In this document: positions 37,966-46,975 of the stretch, in pieces
Layout of the letters: every line of letters starts with the position of its first letter
Position numbering within the stretch: position 1 is the stretch's first letter
NCBI GenBank assembly: GCA_035529595.1
Contig: DATKWK010000035.1
Span: 241,067-305,066 of the forward strand
Length of the DNA: 64,000 bases
From: Candidatus Bathyarchaeia archaeon
GTDB lineage: Bacteria; Patescibacteriota; Microgenomatia; PFEM01; JAFGMK01
Reading direction: 5' to 3'
Program-made: the position numbers and the translations under genes
The notes under the pieces: model-generated
Told to the model about the DNA's origin: nothing
Databases searched by the model: none
What the model saw: only the letters and a program-made list of their open reading frames with translations

Positions 37966-38739
37966 TTAAAGCGGATTGGTGATGTCAATGAATTTCGTCT
38001 CTAATTCTGAAAACTCTTTTTTCAAATTTCTCTCAAGTTCATAAAGACCAATCTTTTCGGTTGCGTAGTGACCGCAGGAAAAATAACAGATTTCGCTTTC
38101 GGAAAAAAGATGAGGCCGGCTCTCACTGATTTCTCCGGTAATAAAAAGCTCAATTTCTTTTTCGCTTAAATCGGCAAGTTGCTCTCTGTTAGGAATTCCG
38201 CCTCCGGAACAAACGCCAACCCTTTTAATCATTTGACTTGGTTTACCGACAACAAAAATTTCATGATCAAAAAGCTGCTGGCATTTTTCACTGATCGTAT
38301 CCAGTCTGGCCCTTTCTGATAAATCACCGTAAAATCCCCAATTGTTCATAATCCTGCCTAAAACCTCGCCCTTTAAATTCCTTAAAATCAACGCATTATG
38401 ACCATATTTCGGATGAGCATCCATTACCCCATGAAAACCGAAAATATTAAGGTCATTAGTAAAAATCGTCTTTAAACGATTCTTAATGTAACCGGGAAGA
38501 AGGAAGTGAAAAAACTCAAATCTTTCGCCATGATGGAGAACGCAGGTATCAGCCCCCCAGTCAACTGACCGGTCTAGAAAATCCTGATTCAGACTCACTC
38601 CCAGGGCGATTTTTTTCACTTCTTCCCGGCCTTTTATCTGAATGCCATTGGCTCCATGAGTATCAGCAATCCGCCATTGGGCTAAAAAATCAGCTCCCCA
38701 ATAACTGGTGAAAAAATCAATCAGCTCTTGTCTGGTCAC
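37966..38739 (-). CDS. Nif3/YbgI family dinuclear metal-centre protein
   Basis: NGIQ, HHG, DAHP..GHN, TGE, GHYATE. Confidence 0.9.
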   Translation of the reverse strand: MTRQELIDFFTSYWGADFLAQWRIADTHGANGIQIKGREEVKKIALGVSLNQDFLDRSVDWGADTCVLHHGERFEFFHFLLPGYIKNRLKTIFTNDLNIFGFHGVMDAHPKYGHNALILRNLKGEVLGRIMNNWGFYGDLSERARLDTISEKCQQLFDHEIFVVGKPSQMIKRVGVCSGGGIPNREQLADLSEKEIELFITGEISESRPHLFSESEICYFSCGHYATEKIGLYELERNLKKEFSELETKFIDITNPL

Positions 38740-40202
38740 TTTTTCTCCTTTTGCGGTCGTAACGTCGGAAACAGAATAACTTCCTTTAACGTATGAACGC
38801 CAGTTAAAAGAGTCAGTAGTCGGTCGAGACCCATTCCCCAGCCAGCGGTTGGCGGCATCCCATATTCAAGCGCCCGGATATAAGCATCGTCCAATCGTTC
38901 AGCCTCCTTGGCTCCCCTGATAACCAACTTCTCTGCCTCAAGCCATCGCTTCTTTTGATCTTGCGGATCATTCAACTCATTATACGCCTTCACCAGTTCA
39001 AAACCGTTAACTAATAGCTGAAAACTGGCGATTTTGTCCGGACTTTTCTCTTTTCTCTTGGCTAAAGTAATCATACTGGCCGGATAATCCAATAAGAAAG
39101 TCGGCTGAATGACCTTCGGTCTCATTCTTTCTTTATAAAGTTTATCAAAGATTTCTCCACAACCGAAAACCCCTTTCAAGTCAATATCGATTTTTCTTTT
39201 CCTAATCGCGGCTAAAAGTTCGTCTTCTGTTTTAACCTTATCGGCGTCAATTCCCGTCTCCTGAAGGAGAAAATCACGAAAATTAAGCCGGCGAATCGGA
39301 CTGCTAAAATCCAAAACAGTCTCTTCATATTTGAGCTTCGTCTTTCCCAAAGTCTTTTTAAGTACTAAATTAATCAGTTCTTCGGTTAATGTCATCAAAT
39401 CCTCATAATTAGCATAAGCCCAATAAAATTCAACCATAGTAAACTCAGGATTATGCTGCCGGCTTAACCCTTCATTCCGAAAATCTTTACCGATCTCATA
39501 TACTTTTTCAAAACCGCCAACAATAAGTCGTTTAAGATAAAGTTCGTCGGAAATTCGCAGATAGAGATTACAATTGAGAGCGTTATGGTAAGTAACAAAT
39601 GGTCGAGCGGCGGCACCGCCGTACATTGGTTGTAAAATCGGAGTCTCTACCTCTAAGAAACCGTGATCGTCAAGAAACTTCCTGATTGACGTTAACACCT
39701 TAGACCGGAGATAAAAAATATCTCTAATTTTAGAATTCACAATCAAATCGATATATCTTTCCCGATATCTTTCTTCAACATCTTTCAAACCATACCACTT
39801 ATCCGGCAGCGGTCGGATTGATTTCGTTAAGAGATGAAAACTCTTCACCAGAACAGAGATTTCGCCGGCTTTGGTGGTAAAAATTTCACCTTGGACGTCA
39901 ATAAAGTCGCCAATATCAAGAAGTTTTAATAACTGAAGATGATGCTGGCTTTGATCATCAATCTTAAAAACCAATTGAATTTCCCCGGATTCATCAATCA
40001 GATCAAAAAAATGAATTCCGCCATGCCCGCGGATTGCCATGATTCGACCGGCAATCGAAACCTTTTTAGCCATCATTTGCCGGGCTTTGGTAATCGTCTG
40101 ATCTCGCCGGCAACCCGCTGGATAAGGATTAATATCGTGTTCTCGAATTTTGGCAAGCTTATCCAAACGAATTTTTCTCAATTGTTGAAGCGGAGTTGTC
40201 AT
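38736..40202 (-). CDS. lysS: Lysine--tRNA ligase (class II)
   Basis: YGGAAARPF, FRNEG...HNPEFT, EYGMPPTAG.G.G.DRL. Confidence 0.97.
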   Translation of the reverse strand: MTTPLQQLRKIRLDKLAKIREHDINPYPAGCRRDQTITKARQMMAKKVSIAGRIMAIRGHGGIHFFDLIDESGEIQLVFKIDDQSQHHLQLLKLLDIGDFIDVQGEIFTTKAGEISVLVKSFHLLTKSIRPLPDKWYGLKDVEERYRERYIDLIVNSKIRDIFYLRSKVLTSIRKFLDDHGFLEVETPILQPMYGGAAARPFVTYHNALNCNLYLRISDELYLKRLIVGGFEKVYEIGKDFRNEGLSRQHNPEFTMVEFYWAYANYEDLMTLTEELINLVLKKTLGKTKLKYEETVLDFSSPIRRLNFRDFLLQETGIDADKVKTEDELLAAIRKRKIDIDLKGVFGCGEIFDKLYKERMRPKVIQPTFLLDYPASMITLAKRKEKSPDKIASFQLLVNGFELVKAYNELNDPQDQKKRWLEAEKLVIRGAKEAERLDDAYIRALEYGMPPTAGWGMGLDRLLTLLTGVHTLKEVILFPTLRPQKEKK

Positions 40203-40358
40203 TTTTCTTAAGTATAGAGGCAAATAACGCAAAAAACAACTCAAATCCTGAAAATATTATTGGTGAAACCGTAAAGAAAGCCAGTCCTTAAATTCCCCGT
40301 ATCAGAAAAACAGTCCTAGATATTCCGGAGTTTTTAAATTTCTCTTAGCCAAGTTATT

Positions 40359-40847
40359 TTACTCAATTCTGATAATCCGATAGATAAGTTTTCCGATCGG
40401 AGCCTCAACCTCCACTTCAGCCCCACTTTTTTTACCCAGTAGTTTTTGACCCAAGGGAGACTTATGAGAAATCTTTTGCGAGGAGGGATCAGCTTCCCAC
40501 TCACCGACGAGATGAAAAACAATCTCCTGGTTATCAAGTTGAACGGTAACTTTACTCCCTATACCAACACATTCTCCATTACTGCCCTTTCCTTTAATTA
40601 CTACGGCATTTGCAATCACGTCCCGAATCTCATCAATCCGGCCATCAATTAAAGCTAAATCTTCTCTGGCTCGAGAATATTCCTGATTTTCACTGAGGTC
40701 GCCTTGATCACGGGCAACCGCTAACCGCTCGACAATCTCGGGTCTCTTTTCGTCTTTTAAGCGAACAAATTCACTTTTCAAGTCGTTAAGACCCTCGGTC
40801 GTTAAATGAATTTTTTGCGGAATCTTAATTTTATTCACAGTAACCAC
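40359..40847 (-). CDS. greA: Transcription elongation factor GreA
   Basis: ARDQGDLSENQEY, ISHKSPLG..LLG; GGAGGT SD before GTG. Confidence 0.95.
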   Translation of the reverse strand: MVTVNKIKIPQKIHLTTEGLNDLKSEFVRLKDEKRPEIVERLAVARDQGDLSENQEYSRAREDLALIDGRIDEIRDVIANAVVIKGKGSNGECVGIGSKVTVQLDNQEIVFHLVGEWEADPSSQKISHKSPLGQKLLGKKSGAEVEVEAPIGKLIYRIIRIE

Positions 40848-40920
40848 ACTACCTCCCCCAACAAATTATATTAAATAAGGCCAAAGGGGTTATTTCTAGA
40901 AGGGTTAAACTATAGAGGAG

Positions 40921-40949
40921 ATTTTATCGTCATTGATTCATTCTGTCAA
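40921..40949 (-). promoter_or_regulatory. greA promoter
   Basis: TTGACA-N17-TAAAAT. Confidence 0.65.
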
Positions 40950-41015
40950 GAGTTAAAAAATGCCTTACTTTTGGTCTTTTCTAATTCAATTATTTCTTAA
41001 CCCTGATTTTGGGCT

Positions 41016-41687
41016 TCATTTCAGTTGAAATCTGTAGACAGGAAGAGTTCTCAAATACTTTACTATTGAATCGTCAGTAATCTCGTTAAGATTAAAGTTA
41101 ACGCTGCTTTGAATTTGCTTTTCCAGTTCCAGACAGTCTTGTTTCATCTGTTTTAACTCCCCTGAAGCTACCCGGCGATCCCTTTTCCGATAACGCCTGA
41201 TAACATCGTCCAGCCTTTCAGCGGTGGCCGCGACGCCGTAAGGCGCTACCCGACAGTCAGCGTAATTGCATATTTTCCGGTTCCAATCATAGCCTTTTAA
41301 TACTCGAACCAAGTTTCTACTGCCGATATTCTTAAAGACATAAATAACTTTATCAGAAATACCGACTTCTTTAGCGATTTTTACTGTGGCAGCGTGTTCT
41401 TCACTGCCATATTTCCGGATAAAGTCTTTTTGGATACTCTTCCAGTAATCGAGTCTTTCTTCATCGTCTTGCAAAAAATGGGAGTAGTTTTCAAAATCGA
41501 ACCTGATAATATTGGCAATATCGTGAATCAAAAGAACCTGGGTAATGATCCCCTTATCAATCTCTTTGCTGCCAACCCAGCCGTTGACAACTTGCAGCCC
41601 GACAGAAGCCACTTTATATAAATGTTCCTGCAGGTTTGGTGGAACCTGGTACTCCCGGTATAATTCGGACGCAGTTTTGGAAAACAT
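41016..41687 (-). CDS. HD-domain protein
   Basis: EH...V, LIHDI, EH, YAD.R. Confidence 0.75.
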   Translation of the reverse strand: MFSKTASELYREYQVPPNLQEHLYKVASVGLQVVNGWVGSKEIDKGIITQVLLIHDIANIIRFDFENYSHFLQDDEERLDYWKSIQKDFIRKYGSEEHAATVKIAKEVGISDKVIYVFKNIGSRNLVRVLKGYDWNRKICNYADCRVAPYGVAATAERLDDVIRRYRKRDRRVASGELKQMKQDCLELEKQIQSSVNFNLNEITDDSIVKYLRTLPVYRFQLK

Positions 41688-41704
41688 AAAAAATCCAATG
41701 AAGT

Positions 41705-41734
41705 ATTATAGCCTATTTGTTAATTAGCTTGCCA
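41705..41734. repeat. 30-bp direct repeat copy 1 (contains minus-strand TATAAT)
   Basis: 27/30 identical to 44191-44220. Confidence 0.75.
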
Positions 41735-41818
41735 ATAGCTGAAAAAACCATAGTAAATTCATCATATTAAAAACGTTTAGCCATAAAAAAGCTATTTTGA
41801 TTTGATATACTTAAAGTT

Positions 41819-42397
41819 ATGGGGAACAAAGGGAAAAAATTGAAAAAATGGCAACTTCTTGACTCGTCAATGGCTTTTGATAACCAATGGTTTAAAGTCA
41901 GACAGGACAAGGTAAAACTAACCAATGGAAAGGTTCTTGACGACTATTTTATTTGGCTTAAGGGTAATGTTTCGATGATCGTCCCGATTACCGAAAGAAA
42001 TGAGTTAGTTTTTGTCAGACAGTATAAACACGGCGCCGGCCAAATAATGATCGAGTATCCGGCCGGTTTTGTCGATCCGGGAGAGACTCCCCTCGAGACA
42101 GCTAAAAGAGAATTAAGAGAAGAGACCGGCTATTCGGCTAAGTTGACTTTTATTGGTAAACACAAAAATGAACCAACTAAAGTAACTGGCATAATTTATC
42201 TTTATTTGGCCAAGAATCTGAGACCGGCAAAAATTACTACTCGCGACGATAACGAAGACATCGAAGTTCTAAAGATTCCCTTTAAAGATACTCTAAAAAT
42301 GATAAAAAACGGAAAAATCTGGGCTAGCGAAACTGTGGCGGCAACTTTTTTGGCTTTTAACCAGCTAAAGTTTTTCCGGAAACTGGATTGGAAGTGA
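41819..42397 (+). CDS. NUDIX hydrolase (ADP-ribose pyrophosphatase-like)
   Basis: VRQY, PAGFVDPGETPLETAKRELREETG. Confidence 0.92.
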   Translation: MGNKGKKLKKWQLLDSSMAFDNQWFKVRQDKVKLTNGKVLDDYFIWLKGNVSMIVPITERNELVFVRQYKHGAGQIMIEYPAGFVDPGETPLETAKRELREETGYSAKLTFIGKHKNEPTKVTGIIYLYLAKNLRPAKITTRDDNEDIEVLKIPFKDTLKMIKNGKIWASETVAATFLAFNQLKFFRKLDWK

Positions 42398-42454
42398 AAC
42401 CGATAATCGAATAAAACATTATACCGGACCAACTAAATACCGGGCTTAAATTTA

Positions 42455-43027
42455 ATGAAACAAACTAAGATCAGCTTAATCAGCGCTTCCATCTCTGGTT
42501 ATTTTCTTTTAACTGCTATCTTCCTCCAGGCACTGGTATTTCCCTTAAAAAACGTTGACTTTATCTACGAAGGCGCCATTATTACTTATTTCATAGAATT
42601 TATTAACATCCATTCAACCGTCTCCTTGCTTATGGCCAGAAGCAGACAAACAGTTTCTAAATTAACTGTACAATCTTTGCTATTAGTTTATCTTTTTTTT
42701 GCTTTCATTCTAATGTTAAATGCAAAAAATAAACTATTGATTATCTATTTCACCATTAGCCTGATAAACAAAATATTATTCAACCAGTCGCTACCGAATA
42801 AGAATACCTCCTTTATAGTTACCTTTTTGCTTCTTGGCAGTGTCGGGCTGGCAATATTAACCGGGCCGGTGTGGAAGTTTTTATTCCCATTCCCTCCGGA
42901 GGTGTTATTAATGAGGCCGAAAAATATTAGTGGTTTATTCGTCGATGTACCCCAGATATTATTAGCCTGGGGAGTAATCTATACTTTAGCGATGGGCATT
43001 TACGAAATTCGCTTCCTTAAAAACTAA
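42455..43027 (+). CDS. Hypothetical polytopic membrane protein
   Basis: About 6 hydrophobic segments. Confidence 0.6.
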   Translation: MKQTKISLISASISGYFLLTAIFLQALVFPLKNVDFIYEGAIITYFIEFINIHSTVSLLMARSRQTVSKLTVQSLLLVYLFFAFILMLNAKNKLLIIYFTISLINKILFNQSLPNKNTSFIVTFLLLGSVGLAILTGPVWKFLFPFPPEVLLMRPKNISGLFVDVPQILLAWGVIYTLAMGIYEIRFLKN

Positions 43028-43093
43028 CATTATCTAAATACAGATTCTGGACTTGATGTGGCGAAGATTTGTGATCTTTCCGAAGAGAGTTTC

Positions 43094-43702
43094 CTATTCC
43101 AACTTAGAACAAGATAAATATTTTTTATATTTATTGTCTTTTTTGATTTCCTTACTGATTAAGTTTCGAATTATCTGAGAGCGGCTTTTCCGGTATTTAT
43201 TAGCCGCCCAATCAAGAAAATATTTTTGGCTTTTATCAAGAACAATATTGTAGCGACTATAGCCTTTCTCCAGTTTACAATAGCCGATAAATTCATCAAT
43301 TATTGCCTGATAACTTTTCAAGTCATAGAGCTTTACCGTCAGAAAGCGTGATTCCAAGGCTTCGATATAAGAGTCAGCGAAACTGTTATCCCGGAAAAGT
43401 CTCATTACTAATGTCGGCTTCCTTTTCTGAATTGAGTAGTAAATTTGATGGGAGGAGCTGAAATTGGGCACCGTATACTCGATAACTGAGAAATCCGCTT
43501 GGTCAATCGCCTGCAAAACCGTTTTATAGACATTTTTAATATCTCTCTTCCCCTCGGGATCGCTTTTCTTGTATTCGTAAGCCTCCTCTAACCAATCTCC
43601 GGTAATCACAAAACCTAGTTCAATTAAATAATTCCGAATAGCAAAATAATAATCTTTGTACTCAAGCAGTTTAGTGGTCGTTGTCCCAAACCAGACTTTC
43701 AT
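43094..43702 (-). CDS. Nucleoside 2-deoxyribosyltransferase-like domain fused to ribbon-helix-helix DNA-binding domain
   Basis: MKVWF...L.ELGF.I...AIDQAD..VIE.T......I.Y.I..RKPTLV; C-terminal RYNIVLD......LD..A....KSRSQIIR.LI. Confidence 0.7.
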   Translation of the reverse strand: MKVWFGTTTTKLLEYKDYYFAIRNYLIELGFVITGDWLEEAYEYKKSDPEGKRDIKNVYKTVLQAIDQADFSVIEYTVPNFSSSHQIYYSIQKRKPTLVMRLFRDNSFADSYIEALESRFLTVKLYDLKSYQAIIDEFIGYCKLEKGYSRYNIVLDKSQKYFLDWAANKYRKSRSQIIRNLISKEIKKDNKYKKYLSCSKLE

Positions 43703-43716
43703 AAAGTTGTGGAAAA

Positions 43717-43762
43717 AGTATAGTTATTGTGTATTGACTACACAACTATTTAAGAATAGCAT
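43717..43762. promoter_or_regulatory. Overlapping divergent promoters with inverted-repeat operator
   Basis: TTGTGTA-N5-TACACAA (43727-43745); plus strand TTGACT-N17-TAGCAT; minus strand TTGTGT-N17-TATACT. Confidence 0.6.
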
Positions 43763-43783
43763 AATTTTTAAAAATAAAAAACT

Positions 43784-44197
43784 ATGGCCAAACTCGAAAA
43801 ACTTATTAAAGAAATAATTAAATTCAATCGGGCTCACGGCTGGCAACCAACGGCTGTTGATTGCGCCAAATCGATTGTTATTGAAGCTGCCGAACTGTTG
43901 GAACATTTCCAATGGGACGATTCAAACGGGCTGGAAAAAAGAGGTCTTGCCCAAAAAGACTGGGAAGAAATTAAACTGGAACTGGCAGATGTTTTTTGGT
44001 ATCTAATCGCTTTCTGCCAGGCAGCTGAATTTGACCTGAGCGAATGTGTGGATAAGAAAATCAAGCACAATAAAAAGAAGTACCCCTCAGATATGTTCAA
44101 CGGCCGGCACAATGAAAAATTTTACCGCGAGCAAAAAGAAAGATACCGGAAAGCACACCGTAAAAACCAAACCTCGGGTTTTAAAAAAACATTGTAG
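43784..44197 (+). CDS. MazG-like nucleotide pyrophosphohydrolase (DCTPP1-like)
   Basis: SI.IEAAELLEHFQW, ELADV, K...N..KYP. Confidence 0.88.
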   Translation: MAKLEKLIKEIIKFNRAHGWQPTAVDCAKSIVIEAAELLEHFQWDDSNGLEKRGLAQKDWEEIKLELADVFWYLIAFCQAAEFDLSECVDKKIKHNKKKYPSDMFNGRHNEKFYREQKERYRKAHRKNQTSGFKKTL

Positions 44198-44220
44198 CCT
44201 GTTTGTTAATTGGCTTGCCA
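44191..44220. repeat. 30-bp direct repeat copy 2
   Basis: 27/30 identical to 41705-41734. Confidence 0.75.
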
Positions 44221-44311
44221 GCCTAAGGCTGCAGCCTTATTACTGCTCCGCCTAAGTACCGAAACCTAAAATACCCCTGAATAATCGAATAAAATAAATT
44301 ATAATCAAGTC

Positions 44312-44890
44312 ATGGCTATCGAATACGAGGCGACTTTTGCCAACATCAATAAGAATCGAATTCGCAGTAAGCTAAAAAATATGGGGGCAAAGCTGGTGAA
44401 AGCCGAATTTATGCAAAAACGCATCGTATTTCATTTACCAAAAGGCCACGAGATAAAAGGAGGCTGGTTAAGAGTAAGGGACGAGAGCGATAAAATTACC
44501 TTAAGTCTTAAAATTGTAATTGGCGATGGGATCGAAAACCAAAACGAAATATGCCTGAAAATTGATAATTTTGAAGAAGCAGTTAAGTTGCTAGAACAAA
44601 TTGGCTGCCGGCAAAAAGCATACCAAGAATCAAAACGGGAAATTTGGGAGATAGATGGAGTCGAAGTTACAATTGATGAGTGGCCGTTTCTTGAGCCTTA
44701 TGTAGAAGTAGAAGGAACTTCAGAAGAGGCAGTAAAAAATATGAGTGATAAATTAGGGTTTGATTATAGCGAGGCAATTTTTGACAGCGTTGATTACCTT
44801 TACAGCAAAAAATACAATATTTCGAAAGATATTGTTAACAACTCGACTCCCAGAATAGTTTTCGGAAAAGAAAACCCTTTCCAGAAATAG
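44312..44890 (+). CDS. CYTH domain protein (triphosphate tunnel fold)
   Basis: N-terminal IEYE, WLRVRD, REIW, YVEVEG. Confidence 0.85.
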   Translation: MAIEYEATFANINKNRIRSKLKNMGAKLVKAEFMQKRIVFHLPKGHEIKGGWLRVRDESDKITLSLKIVIGDGIENQNEICLKIDNFEEAVKLLEQIGCRQKAYQESKREIWEIDGVEVTIDEWPFLEPYVEVEGTSEEAVKNMSDKLGFDYSEAIFDSVDYLYSKKYNISKDIVNNSTPRIVFGKENPFQK

Positions 44891-44971
44891 ATCCTTGGTG
44901 AACCAAAAAGTCGTAGTTCGAAACTAAGCTACTCCTGAGCTAATGAAGTACTATAGGTAAAAAAATAATCT

Positions 44972-45853
44972 ATGAGGACGCGGATAAAATACTCACAAAA
45001 CTTTCTGACAAACGCCGGACTGGTTAATAATATTTTGTCTAAATCATCAATAAACCACCAGGATACAGTCTTAGAAATCGGGGCTGGTGAAGGAATAATT
45101 ACCCAAGAGCTACTTAAGCGTGCTAAAAAGGTGATCGCCTATGAAGTTGATAATAACTGGTATCACAAACTCAGCGAACGGTTTCTAAAGGCTGGCAACA
45201 AACTTGAAGTAATAGGAGCTAACTTTTTGACCGTCCCACTGCCTAACTTTCCCTATAAAGTTTTTTCCAATATTCCTTTTAATATCACCGCTGACGTTAT
45301 TAAAAAGCTGGTATTCAGCAATAATCCACCGGAGGATATTTACTTGATAACGCAAAAGGAGGCAGCGGCTAAATTTTTGGGTAAGCCCGTAGGCGATAAG
45401 AATAGTTTGCTGTCCATAGTAATCGGAAACATATTCGGAGGATCAGTTTTCTATACCTTCAGGAAAACCAACTTTTCCCCAATTCCTGCTGTAGATATAG
45501 TTATGCTTAGGCTAAAGCGATTGGAACGGCCACATGCAGAACCGCCAGGCCTATTTAGCGACTTTGCAGCGTTCGGTTTCAGTCAATTCGAACCCAACAT
45601 CCATAAGGGACTGGGCAAGGTGATGAGCGAAAGTTTAATTGTTCAAACGGCAAAGGAAAACAATTTTTATCCATCATATAAACCCAGCAAACTAGACCTT
45701 AAACACTGGTTAGCGCTTTTCAACAAATTTTTAGCAAACGGAAACACGCAAAAAGTAGCCGGCAGCTATAAGAAAATACTTCTTCAGCAATCCAAACTCC
45801 AAAAGGTTCACCGGACACGCGTGGATAAGAATTGGAAAAGATTTAGTGAATAG
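44972..45853 (+). CDS. Erm-like rRNA adenine N6-methyltransferase (RrnaAD family)
   Basis: YSQNFL, VLEIGAGEG.IT, EVD, VFSNIPFNIT, F.P.P.VD. Confidence 0.8.
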   Translation: MRTRIKYSQNFLTNAGLVNNILSKSSINHQDTVLEIGAGEGIITQELLKRAKKVIAYEVDNNWYHKLSERFLKAGNKLEVIGANFLTVPLPNFPYKVFSNIPFNITADVIKKLVFSNNPPEDIYLITQKEAAAKFLGKPVGDKNSLLSIVIGNIFGGSVFYTFRKTNFSPIPAVDIVMLRLKRLERPHAEPPGLFSDFAAFGFSQFEPNIHKGLGKVMSESLIVQTAKENNFYPSYKPSKLDLKHWLALFNKFLANGNTQKVAGSYKKILLQQSKLQKVHRTRVDKNWKRFSE

Positions 45854-45886
45854 AGTTCGTTTCGCAAAAACTATTTATCCAGGATA

Positions 45887-45920
45887 GCGTGTAGGATTCT
45901 TACACGCCGGGTGTGTAGTT
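45887..45920. repeat. Hairpin plus partial copy of the tRNA-proximal repeat (R0)
   Basis: GCGTGTA-N7-TACACGC; 45897-45920 is 21/24 identical to 47753-47776. Confidence 0.6.
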
Positions 45921-45941
45921 AATTGATATAATTACCTCATA

Positions 45942-46703
45942 GTGGTAGAACAAAGATTAAATATGGCTTTAATTAAGGTTAAAGACGCACCGCCGTTTCT
46001 CGTTCTCACGCTTTTTGGTCAGAGCTACGATAAGTACCGACACGCTGAACAAATCTTCCTCCTCTTACAGGAGATTGAGTTTAAATGGTCTGCCGTGATC
46101 ATTGCCTTCAATTTGATATTAGGGCAAGAAAAAGTCATACAAGAGCTACACAAAGATACCACGCCCAAGGTAAGAAGCTATGAACCCGAGGTTAAACAGA
46201 TGGCATATTTAGGATTTTTTCTTGACACAATCTATGCACTAACAGAAAGATGCTCGCACGTAACAAAAATCTTTCACAATGGTAAATTAAAGGAGGGTTT
46301 TAACAGACAAAGACAGGTATTACTTAAGAAACCCGAGATTGATCCACCACTCGCAAAATTGTTGAGTCAAATTAAATGGTATGCCTTGTTCAGAGAAGTA
46401 AGAGTTCAACACTCCCACTACGGATCCTCTGTATTAGCATTCGGATATGACAAAGAGCCGCAAACCGGCTCCTCTCAACTGATAATTGAGATTGGAGGCG
46501 GGGAGGAAAAGAAGGTACTTACAGGAAAACGATACAATTTTGACCTTCGTAAAACAGCAGAGATCAAAGAGGGTATTGAGAAGTTTATTCAACAGTGGGC
46601 TTTAGTATTGCTTAAAAAATTAGATACGAACGCTACTATCTCGAGAGACCCGAAACAAAAAGAGGAAATACCCTTAGAAAAATTCATGGAAGGCAGGAGT
46701 TAG
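45942..46703 (+). CDS. Hypothetical helical protein with putative HEPN Rx4H motif
   Basis: LFREVRVQHSH; upstream helix FLDTIYALTER. Confidence 0.5.
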   Translation: MVEQRLNMALIKVKDAPPFLVLTLFGQSYDKYRHAEQIFLLLQEIEFKWSAVIIAFNLILGQEKVIQELHKDTTPKVRSYEPEVKQMAYLGFFLDTIYALTERCSHVTKIFHNGKLKEGFNRQRQVLLKKPEIDPPLAKLLSQIKWYALFREVRVQHSHYGSSVLAFGYDKEPQTGSSQLIIEIGGGEEKKVLTGKRYNFDLRKTAEIKEGIEKFIQQWALVLLKKLDTNATISRDPKQKEEIPLEKFMEGRS

Positions 46704-46807
46704 TTTCCAGACACCCACCAATAGGACTCACCTATAAATGACATAAAGAAGAATAACCCCCGCTCCTGTTAATTTGATATAAACTGCGATATAAAAACAA
46801 CTCACGG

Positions 46808-46866
46808 TTCTTTCACACTCGGTGTGTAATTATATTGACACCTTAGGTATTTGGTAATATTTTTTA
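46808..46866. repeat. 59-bp direct repeat R1
   Basis: 55/59 identical to 47753-47811. Confidence 0.9.
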
Positions 46867-46975
46867 GGAGAACAATCTTAGCTAATAGTTGATTCAGCAC
46901 CTTAATAAAGAGAGCAATTATGTTAAAATAATATTAGATAAAAGCTATTAGGCCTCAGTGATATTGTAAATATAT

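Noticed and set aside
44943-44960. Mini-ORF MKYYR as erm leader peptide
   Set aside because: No SD and no sequestering hairpin over the erm start; the sequence is equally explained as a TACTAT -10 element.
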